A stretch of 64,000 nucleotides of DNA, from positions 361,770,001 to 361,834,000 of the forward strand of contig OZ024741.1 of the NCBI GenBank assembly GCA_964016885.1. Reading direction: 5' to 3'. This document shows positions 54,912 to 64,000 of the stretch, one piece after another (position 1 is the first letter of the stretch; every line of letters begins with the position of its first letter). A program made the position numbers and the translations under genes. The notes beneath the pieces are model-generated. The model did not search any database, was not told the DNA's origin, and was given only the letters and a program-made list of their open reading frames with translations. The DNA comes from Eledone cirrhosa. Its lineage: Eukaryota.

Positions 54912-55007
54912 GAGCAAGAAGTCCTTATAATAATATCTACACTTTATTTTGCTTAAGTATAAAGTACTAATATGAATAATGGTATTACTGGCCTTTATAA
55001 TATCACA

Positions 55008-55025
55008 TCTACCTACCTATCTATA

Positions 55026-55074
<49 letters not shown>
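55008..55074. repeat. Compound (CTAC)n/(CT)n/(TA)n microsatellite
   Basis: Read directly from the sequence; it abuts the 3' tail of the minus-strand RTE. Confidence 0.9.
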
Positions 55075-55076
<2 letters not shown>

Positions 55077-56795
55077 TCATGATCGTTTTTACGTCCACTT
55101 TTCCATGCCTGCATGGGTAGGACAGGTCCTTCTCTTCACAGCATCTCTCCACTTGTGTTCCTTCATCATTTCCTCTTCCATTCTTAGCAATTTGAGGTCA
55201 GCTCTCACAACCTCTGCCTAGGTCTTTCTTGGTCTACCTCTGCTGGGATTTCCTGGCATTTCTTCACCCATTGGTCATTGTCCATGTGCATCACATGTCC
55301 ATACCAATGCAGTCTTCTCTACTGCACACCATCTTGGATTCCCCTTAAACCTAGCTTCTCCCTCAGCTCCTCCAAGCTTTGCCTTTCTCTCACATTTACA
55401 TTGCACATCCAACAAAACAGTTGCTTCATTTCTCCCCAGTTTATGCATGTCCTCTGCAGTCACCGCCCATGTTTCACTACCATGCAGCATTGCGCATTGC
55501 ACACAGGTGTCATACAGCCTTCCTTTTGTACATAGGGAGAAACCTTTTGTTGTCAGCAGTGGGAGGAGTTCTCTGAAATTTTTCCATCCTATCCTTATCC
55601 TGCAATTATACTCTTGGTGTACTCTCCTCCACTGTTAATTCGGTCACCTATATAGCAGAGGCTATCAACCACATCTATGGGTCCTTCCTGAGACTGAAAA
55701 AGGTTTATATCATTAGCACTCTTCCTCTCAATTTCTCCTGTGCATCTCCTACATGCAAAGTTCTATAATGAAAAGAGAGTCAAATGCTTATTAATACCTT
55801 TTACTTGCAGTGACAGGCTTCTGACATCCATATATAAATAATTATATTTCTAACACTCAATTCGATATAAACACATATTTATTGTTAGAAGGCAAAATTT
55901 ATCTACACACAGGAAGATATAAGAAATGAAAGCAATTACTGGCCTTAGGTTGAAGCCAGACAGATACTTTCTAGAAGAGAACAGGAAACGGTGAATATCT
56001 CCTGTTGAAAACATACCATAATAGAACAATTCCCGAGATGTTGAACACGTCTCATTGATAAATATTTAGTTCCACTTTACAGGAAAATATGAAGAATATA
56101 TAGGAGCTACTCTGTAGTATGTCTTATCATCTTGTTGTCCAGAGTTATCTCTCTGGTGAACCAGACGGTTTTATAAGGAAGAAGTAACAACGTATTCATA
56201 TGCGATCTAAAACGATTGGTTTGTTTAACCAAAACACATATGAAACATTGTTGTTGCAAGGTATGAAGTAGTTTCGCTACAGTTTTCCCTTCCTGTTAGT
56301 CTATTCATTATCCCACTACATCTTTTGTGTACCCAAGATTTACATTGTGTACATTGCATGGAGTTTATGCCTACTTCTTTTCTGCATATTGAGCATGGCC
56401 ACTTCCCTGAGGGAATCTGGGTCATATCTTCTCTACTACTCACTACCACTTTAGTTTTGGATAAGTTTTCTCCCAGACCATTTGATTCCAAATTTAATTT
56501 CCATAATCAGAATTTATTCTCGTTCTTTTTTGGTTTCAGCTATAAGGACCAAATCATCTGCATAGAGATGTTCTCATGAGCAGCCTGTTTTAAACTTTTC
56601 TGTTATGGCCTGAAGAACTATGATGAACAGCAGTGGGCTAAGAACAGAATCTTGATTAATTCCTACCCGTACCTTGAATTCCTCGCTAAACTCATTTCTT
56701 ACTCTCACTTTACTGATAGATCCTCTGTTCATAGCTTACACTGCTCTCAAAGCCATTCTTCTACACCTAATTTCTTTAAGGACCATCAGATAATA
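55075..56795 (-). mobile_element. 5'-truncated, decayed RTE-clade LINE (RT C-terminal half, PHD finger, 3' tail), split by a 518-bp insertion
   Basis: Minus-strand translation gives SVLSPLLFIIVLQAITEKFKTGC, LYADDLVLIAE (~56551-56565), SKTKV, WPCSICRK...CTQCKSWVHKRC, FACRRC, MLHGSETWAVTAEDM and GRPRKT, with stops and frameshifts. It is colinear with the two plus-strand copies. Confidence 0.93.
55764..56281 (-). mobile_element. 518-bp insertion in the RTE copy; probable solo LTR
   Basis: Removing it restores the LINE frame (LTGREN|FACRRC). Flanks GTTC/GTTT suggest a 4-bp TSD with one mismatch. The minus strand starts TGTAG and ends TTATA (degenerate TG..CA), with TATAAAA (56169-56175) upstream of AATAAA (55878-55883). 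Confidence 0.6.
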
Positions 56796-56859
56796 GTATA
56801 TATATACATAAATGACACATAAAAGTGTGTAAGTGAATATATAAATATGTATGTATGCG

Positions 56860-57205
56860 TCATCATCATTATTTAAGGTCTGTTTTCACTGCTATATTTG
56901 GATGGATCTTCACAGACTGAGTTAGTACTCAAGCAAGGCTACTGATCTCTCAGATGAGTCGAGGATCTGCAAATCACTTATATACAATCCTGCACTGTTC
57001 CGATACATTTTATCATGACACCAATACAGGGGAGGTTGTCATGTCTTTGACACAATTAAAGGGTCTTCCCAACCTTTTGTTTGGCAAGCTTTCTATGGCT
57101 AGATGCCCTTTATATCACCATGCACTTTACAGCATATACTGAGTGCATTTGTCATGTAAATCACCAACACTGATGATGATGATGGTGGGGTGGGGGTGGG
57201 GGAGT
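56860..57205 (-). mobile_element. Decayed SINE-like element with RTE-type tail (same family as 53855-54155)
   Basis: (CAT)n-ATTTAAGGTCTGTTTTC tail at the left end. TTCTATGGCTAGATGCCCTT (~57091-57110) is the reverse complement of the shared core. Boundaries approximate. Confidence 0.6.
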
Positions 57206-57330
57206 ACTGTCATATCCTCGACATGGCTGATGGGTCCTCCAACCCTTTGTTTTATATATGTATATGTCTTGATATATGAATGAAAATGTTTTTGAAAAGC
57301 ATCTCAGCATTCTAGTCTCAGATCATGAAA

Positions 57331-57388
57331 ACCTATCCAACTCACGCCAGTATGGAAAACATGTGTAAAATAATGGTAATAATGATGT
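57331..57388 (+). mobile_element. Isolated RTE-type 3' tail fragment
   Basis: ACCTATCCAACTCACGCCAGTATGGAAAAC...TAAAATAATGGTAATAATGATG aligns with the tails at ~54095-54153 and ~60081-60140. Confidence 0.6.
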
Positions 57389-57639
57389 AAGCATGATATT
57401 TAACATTTTCTAAATTGTTTGAATATAGCCAAAATGTTACATTTCACAAGAGCCAGGCATTCATTTCATTTTAACTAAACTTTTACTGCAGCTTGTGGAA
57501 CAACCAAATTCTGATGTAATTTTAATAAGGCAAAATTTGAAATTTGCAACAGCTACGTGATTAGTGAAAACTAACAATTTATAATAAAAAACCTTAAAAA
57601 AATATCTATCCTAGCAAATGCATAATCTATGAGTGAATT

Positions 57640-57720
57640 ATTTGAGCTGTATCCAAGGTTAACTTCGCCTTTTATATATTTGAGGTCGATAAAAAAGTTC
57701 CAGTCTAGTATTGGGGTCTA
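57640..57720 (+). mobile_element. Decayed fragment of the Deu/Nin-like SINE core
   Basis: AAGGTTAACTTCGCCTTTTATATATTTGAGGTCGATAAAAAAGTTCCAGT aligns with the reverse complement of ~53500-53550. Confidence 0.6.
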
Positions 57721-58103
57721 TTCTTCCTCTATGTCTCTCTTTTACTTCCTTTCTCTAACTCTCTATCCTTCTCCAGAAGAAATCTGCTGTACTCAGGCCT
57801 GGAGAGGGGATGGTCTCCGCCAGTTTTAAAAATTCCCTAAGAAATGCTGTGTATCAATATGGCACTTCTACAATCCCCTCAGGAGTTACAGATCCATACT
57901 ATATTATACTAAACCATTTGAGTGAAACAGTGAATAACTTAAAAGGATTTGGTGGCAAATTACTAAAATTTCACATTTCTGACAGGATCTTATATAGTAT
58001 AAATATTGAAATATCAAATACTCAAGAATTTGAAAATGCCCCATAAGAAAGTGTCAAAATTCTTTGATACTTACTTGTATAAAAGAAACTACAGACACTA
58101 AAC

Positions 58104-58156
58104 ATGTATGTATGTATACAGGTATATGTGTGCATATATTTATATATAAGTATATG

Positions 58157-58191
<35 letters not shown>

Positions 58192-58192
58192 G
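58104..58192. repeat. (TATG)n/(TA)n microsatellite
   Basis: Read directly from the sequence; it abuts the 5' truncation point of the next RTE. Confidence 0.9.
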
Positions 58193-60140
58193 TAGAGTGG
58201 GAGGTTTGCCAATGTTCTGCGATGGGAAGATCAGAGGCGTGCGGTGTTCCACATTGCAAAGCAGTGTGTCAATGCAAATCAGGATGTTGTTGGAGATAAA
58301 TGTGTCCGGAATGATGCCGGTGTACTTAGTGTCATGAATGATCAGAAAAAGGAGGCCTGAAAATGTTATTATGAGAGACTGATGAATGTGGAGAACGAAT
58401 GGGAGAGAGAGAAATTACCCTCAGTAGATCCGACAGAGGGACCAGCTATTGAGATTGACGAATATAGGGTCCAAGAGGCGATTAAGGAAATGAAAAATGG
58501 TAAGGCCGCTTGACCGTCGGGGATAGTTGCTGAGATGCTGAAGGCATCAGGGGACGTAGGCACTAAACTGGTTACACGCATCATCAATCAGGCTATATAT
58601 GGTGGTGTCATACCCAAAGACTGGTGCAGCAGTATTCTCATAAATTGCTACAAAGGTAAAGGGGATGCTTTGAAGAGGAGCAACTATAGGGGTATAAAAC
58701 TGATGGATCAGGTTATGAAAGTGGCAGAAAGGATATTAGCACAACTAATTAGGGAAAGGGTCAAACTAGATGAGATGCAGTTTGGTTTTGTGCCTGGGAA
58801 GAGTACAACAGATGCCCTCTTCTTGGTGAGACAAATGCAAGAGAGGTTCTTAGAGAAGAATAAGCCACTATACTTAGCCTTTGTTGACCTAGAGAAGGCC
58901 TTTGATAGGGTACCCCGATCTGTCATCTGGTGGTCCCTAAGGAAGCTAGGTGTTGAGGAATGGCTTGTGAGGACAGTGCAAACTTTGTACAGAGGTACTC
59001 TCAGTAAAGTCAGGGTAGGAATGGAGTTTAGTGAGGAATTCCAGATACAAGTAGGAGTACATCAAGGTTCGGTCCTCAGCCCGCTCTTGTTCATTATAGT
59101 TCTCCAAACCATAACAGAGGAGTTTAAGCCATGGGAACTTCTCTATGCTGATGATCTGGTTCTTATAGCAGAATCAGTAGAGGAGCTAGAGAATAAATTC
59201 TGGCTATGGAAACAGCAGTTGGAAGCAAGCGGACTGAGAGTGAACCTAGCTAAGACAAAAGTGTTGATGAGTAGAAAAGAGGACAAATCTCTAATTCCGT
59301 CAGGGAAATGACCATGTTCGATATGCAGAAAAGGAACTGGCATAAATTCTATAAAATGCACACAATCCAAATCCTGGGTACACAAGAGATGTAGTGGGAT
59401 AGCAAGCAAACTAACAGGTAGGGAGAAATACGTATGCAGTAGATGTACAGGGAAATTAGACAGTAGAAGTCTCATTGATAGAAACATTTTTCAAATGCAG
59501 GCAGGTGCTATAGAAGTGGTTGATAGCTTCCGGTACCTAGGAGATCAAATTAGCATGGGAGGGGGTGTTCCGAGGCCATAGTATCTAGAATAAGGACGGG
59601 TTGGAAGAAGTTTAGGGAGCTGCTTCCTCTGCTGACGAAGAAGGATTTCTCCCTGCGTACGAAAGGCCGGTTATATGATGCCTGTGTGAGGAGCGCGTTG
59701 CTGCATGGTAGTGAGACATGGACAGCAACTGCAGAGGATATGCGATGGCTGGAGAGAAATGAGGCAAACATGCTCCATTGGATGTGCAGTGTAAATGTGC
59801 GTGAACGACCCAGCATAAATGTGTTGAGAGAGAAACTGTGTCTGAGAGGGATTGAATGTAGTGTGTGAGAGAGGAGACTGAGGTGGTATGGACATGTGAT
59901 GCACATGGAGGATGACCAATGGGTGAAGAAGTGCTAGGAAATGCCAGTTGAAGAAAGACGTGGTAGAGGTAGACCATGGAAAACATGGGTGGAGGTGGTG
60001 AACAGACCTCAGATCGCTGAAGCTCATGGTGGAGATGATGAAGGAGCGGGACGAGTGGAGAGATGCTGTGCTGAATAAGACCCGTCCCACCCTTGCAAGC
60101 AGGGAAGAGCGGACATAAAATGACGATGATGATGATGATG
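58193..60140 (+). mobile_element. 5'-truncated RTE-clade LINE pseudogene (RT + PHD finger + 3' tail)
   Basis: ORF 58535..59311 has YKGKGD..SNYRGIKL, QFGFVPGKST, AFVDLEKAFDRVPR, GVHQGSVLSPLLF and YADD. In-frame TGA stops at ~58358, ~58511, 59309 and 59866 plus frameshifts. Ends GGACATAAAAT(GAT)n. Confidence 0.95.

Positions 60141-60164
<24 letters not shown>
60121..60164. repeat. (GAT)n LINE tail followed by (TA)n
   Basis: Read directly from the sequence. Confidence 0.9.
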
Positions 60165-60171
<7 letters not shown>

Positions 60172-60683
60172 CCTGTAGCGAGGTAAGAATCCTAGAATTT
60201 GTCAACGCTCAAAAATGGTGAGACCTCGTTCCTACGAAGTATAATGTAAATGCCATTTTTCTTATCTCTCTCCAGCCTATCGGTTCATTCATTCATATTT
60301 ATTCTATTCTATAATTCTGTCTGGTTGTTTCTAAATAATCTTCTTGTATTTTTAACTATATTTTTAACTACCCCACTTTGCTAACTACCCGATACCCTGC
60401 CCCCACTCTCCACCTTATTATTTAGACCAATCACAAGTCAACAGCCTATGCTATCACTTCTGGCTGCTTTTCGATATGATGGATGGACTAAGGAATTTCT
60501 GGAGAGTCTGAAGAATCTGGACACTCGATGACAATGCCAAAGATAATGAAAAATTCACCTCATGTTGCTGGACGAAAGGGCAAGTCCCCCTCCTCTTTGT
60601 TTCGGCCGCGGATGGCCAACATAACCCCAACCCCATCCCCCTCACCCATCCCTGCGCTCCATCCTCCAAACACAATCCAAAAC

Positions 60684-61405
60684 TTCAGAGTTGGTACCAT
60701 AAATGTAGGCACCTTAAAAGGCCGCTCTAACGAGGTTGTAGAAATGCTTGAACGTAAGGAGGTTGGTGTTTGCTGTATCCAAGAGACCAGGTGGAGGGGA
60801 AGGTCTGCTAGATTCATTGTGGGTAAAAAACGTTGCTATAAGCTCTTCTGGGTGGGAAATGACAATGGGCTGGGTGGAGTAGGAATCATACTAGCTGAAA
60901 AATGGGTGGATAAGATAATAGATGTAAATAGAGTAAATGACAGAATAATTAAAATAAGACTTGTTCTAAATAGAACTACTGTGACAGTAATATCGGCATA
61001 CGCGCCCCAATTCGGACTGCCTGGCGCTATAAAAGACAGATTCTATGAGGCACTGATGCTCACTACCTCCCAAATAACCGACAGTGACTATATAATTATT
61101 GCTGGCGACCTAAATGGCCACGTTGGTCAACATTGTGACGGCTATGACGGAATCCACGGAGGCTATGGGTTTGGTACTAGAAATGAGGAAGGCTCCAGAA
61201 TCCTGGAATTCTGTGATGCAAATAACCTAACTATCTGTAACACTAACTTCAAAAAACGAGACAATCACTTGATCACCTACAGATCGGGGGACCAGCCAGG
61301 TAGATTATATCCTTACCAGAAGACGTGACAGAGTGTCTGTTGTAAACACTAAATCCCTCCCCCATGAAGAATGCACCTCCCAACATAGACTGATAATTAG
61401 CGACC
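60684..61405 (+). pseudogene. Apurinic/apyrimidinic-like endonuclease domain of the RTE LINE
   Basis: Motifs GTINVGTL, CCIQETRW, GVGII, SAYAPQ, AGDLNGHVG, NEEG..LEFC, NTNF, ITY, then QVDYIL and SQHRL after the frameshift. Confidence 0.93.
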
Positions 61406-63369
61406 TCATAGTCAGGACGAGATGTACTAGACAACAGAAGAGGACTATCCTCAGGAGAAAAATATGGAAGCTAAAGGACCCCACAGCCAGAAATAAATTT
61501 AAAAGCATGTTACTTGATGCTTTCGACAGTAAGGAAGAGCAATTAGAGTCAGATAATATAGAGGAACAGTGGGAATTCCTGAAAGCAAACCTGCTGACGG
61601 CGGCAGACGAAGTCTGTGGCTGGAGCAGGCCTGTAGGTAGGAGGAGAGTAACATGGTGGTGGAACAGTAAGGTGGAGGAGTCAATTAAGGCCAAAAAGCA
61701 GGCTTGGAAAGTATGGCGGGATGGGGGAAGTAGAGAAGACTATCAAGTGGCCAGGAGGGAAGCTAGGAGACAAGTGTACTTCGCAAGAAGAGAAGCAGAG
61801 GAAAGAAAGTTCAAGCATGTTCTACAACGTGAGGACCAAAAACGTGAGGTGTTCAGGATTGCTAGGCAATGTGTCAAGGAAAACCGTGATATTGTCGGGG
61901 AGAAGTGTGTACTTAATGATGATGGTGTACTTGCCATCACTGACGCTGATAAGAAGGTAGCTTGGAAGTGTCACTATGAAAGGCTTCTAAATGAGGAGAA
62001 TAAATGGGAGAAAGACAGTCTCCCCCACATCGACCCAATAGAGGGACCGGCAGTGTTAGTCGAAGGTAGTATAATAAGTAAGGCAATCAAAGATATGAAG
62101 ATGGGTAAGGCGGCTGGGCCTTCGGAAATAGTTGCTGAGATGCTGAAAGCCTCTGGAACGGTGGGACACACCATGGTCACCCGGATAGTAAACCAAGTCA
62201 TACAGAATGGGGTTGTTCCGAAGGACTGGCGTAGCAGCATCATCATTAACTGTTACAAGGGTAAAGGAGATGCCCTAGATAGGAGTAACTATAGAGGCAT
62301 TAAATTAATCGATCAGGTCATGAAGGTCACGGAAAAAGTTATAGCGCGACTAATCAGAGAGAGAATTGATCTAGATGAAATGCAGTTCGGTTTTGTGTCA
62401 GGCAAAAGTACCACAGACGCTCTTTTCATTGTACGACAACTACAGGAGAAGTACCTAGATAAAAGTAAACCCCTATACTTAGCTTTTGTTGACTTGGAGA
62501 AAGCCTTCGACAGAGTCCCCCGTTCCATTATCTGGTGGGCTCTTAGAAAACTAGGTGTTGACGAATGGCTTGTGAGAGCTATACAAGCCATGTATAAAGA
62601 AACAGTCAGCAAGGTTAGAATTAACAACAAATATAGTGAAGAGTTTAGTGTAAAAGTTGTTGTACATCAGGGCTCTATTCTTAGCCCCCTACTATTTATT
62701 ATTGCCCTTCAGGCTATAACAGTGGAGTTCAAGACCGGCTGCCCATGGGAACTCCTATACGCAGATGATCTAACGCTCATAGCTGAATCAATGGCCGAGC
62801 TAGAGAAGAAATTCCAAACATGGAAGCATGGCCTAGAATCAAAAGGGCTTAAAATTAACCTGGCTAAGACTAAAGTTCTAGTTTGTAGGAAAGAAAATAA
62901 GGCGACGGTCCCTTCCGGGAAATGGCCATGCTCAGTGTGTAGGAAAGGCGTAGGTAGAAACTCCATTTTATGTCCCAAATGCAAAGTATGGGTGCATAAA
63001 AGATGTAGTGGGATCACAGGTAAGCTAACTAAGAACATAGATTTTACATGTGGCCGGTGCTCTGGTGCAATAAGTAGCAGCAAGTGCCCACAAAATACTA
63101 GCTCTTTCAATTGCGCAGATGGTTCTATAGAAATAGTGGACAGCTTCCGTTACCTGGGTGACAAAATCAGCAGTGGGGGAGGGTGCTCTGAAAGTACAGT
63201 AGCTAGAGTCAGAGCTGGATGGAAAAAGTTCAGAGAGCTTATACCACTATTAGCCACTAAAGGGTTCTCCCTAAAAATGAAAGGCAGGTTGTATGATGCC
63301 TGCATTGTGTGCAGAGGATATACGCAGACTAGAGAGGAACGAAGCTTGCATGCTCCGCTGGATGTGTAA
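61333..63369 (+). pseudogene. Reverse transcriptase region of the RTE LINE with embedded C4HC3 PHD finger (62929-63060)
   Basis: KAAGPSEI, YKGKGD, NYRGIKL, QFGF, FVDLEKAFD, HQGSILSPLLF, YADD (62758-62769), KTKV, PHD, FRYLG. Confidence 0.95.
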
Positions 63370-63779
63370 TAGTAACATACGTGAACGGCAAAGCTTAAGC
63401 GAACTAAGGAAAAAATTAGAAATAAGAGGGATCAGATGTTGTTTACTCGAGAGAAGGCTACATTGGTATGGTCACGTGATGCGCATGAAAGACGACAGCT
63501 GTATAACAAAGTGCAGAGCAATAAAGATAGACGGTAGCTACGGAGTAGGCAGACCCAGAAAAACCTGGGACGAGCTGATAAATTCCGACCTCACACACTT
63601 ACACCTCTCCAAGACAATGTCACTGGACCGAGACCTTTGGCGGTACTCAGTAATAGAGAAGACCCGCCTTACCTAAATACAAAGTAAAACCTACTACAGT
63701 CAGTAGGCATCTCTAACAAAATACACCCCCGTCCCACCACCCCCACCCCATCCACACCGCCCCTTTCAATGTAAAGTTA

Positions 63780-64000
63780 TGTTGGTGCCACAACATCCAG
63801 GCCGAAACAAATGAGATCGTGTAGGTGTCACGACAAAAAAACACACAGTCTACGCTGTAATGAGGCCGTGTAGGCAACACGGTAAAAACCTCCCAGCCCC
63901 ACACTGTAAATGTGGTTGGTGTTAGGAAGGGCATCCAGCTGTAGAAAACCCGTCAGACAGTCCACGCTGTAATGTGGCCGTGTAGGCAACATGGTAAAAA
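63780..64000 (+). repeat. SINE-like core with an internal direct repeat (44 bp at 112-bp spacing) downstream of the LINE stop codon; runs off the window
   Basis: 63845-63888 and 63957-64000 match at 41/44. GTGGTTGGTGTTAGGAAGGGCATCCAGCTGTAGAAA lies between them. Confidence 0.75.

Larger units (their letters stand above)
60528..63676 (+). mobile_element. Near full-length RTE-clade LINE ORF (APE endonuclease - RT - PHD finger - C-terminal region), inactivated by two frameshifts; UTR limits not resolved
   Basis: ORFs 60528..61328, 61333..63369 and 63293..63676 join into one polyprotein. There is a frameshift at ~61285-61290 (SQVDYIL continues in another frame) and a net 38-nt deletion at ~63303 removing the LHGSETW motif retained in the other copies. 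Confidence 0.96.

Noticed and set aside
60174-60275. TGTAGCGA at 60174 as a second LTR start, and TTTTCTTATCTCTCTCCAG as a splice acceptor exonising the LINE
   Set aside because: Only 8 bp match the putative LTR end, with no further similarity. The acceptor-like tract has no supporting exon or donor evidence in the window.
54979-63934. Short ORFs such as 54979..55221, 57629..58337, 59143..60205 and 61305..63110 (-)
   Set aside because: They are microsatellite translations (YIYI), antisense or off-frame shadows of the LINEs, or random AT-rich ORFs without motifs.

Overview
Eukaryotic, repeat-only window with no supportable host gene. Bases 1 to ~52,884 are one uninterrupted 39-bp tandem satellite (consensus ATGATGTCTCTCTTCCCTAGATACCAGAAGCATGTGTTT, about 1,356 monomers). 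It runs off the left edge and has a layered higher-order structure: locally duplicated blocks of 39, 46, 57, 79, 92, 97 and 123 monomers. The many ORFs the track lists there arise because the unit length is divisible by 3. After a short degenerate edge, the last ~11 kb is decayed transposable-element DNA: tRNA-derived SINEs with a Deu/Nin-like core, SINE-like elements with an RTE-type tail, a mariner transposase fragment and microsatellites. It also holds three RTE-clade LINE copies, one near full length with APE endonuclease and RT, and all three carry a PHD finger inside the RT region. A probable solo LTR is nested in one of them. The repeat repertoire resembles octopus/coleoid cephalopod DNA (my inference, not verified by search). 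I see no evidence of a new protein-coding system. The best leads are the satellite's architecture, its neuropeptide-precursor-like minus-strand frame, and the PHD-in-RT LINE with its apparent (TA)n targeting.
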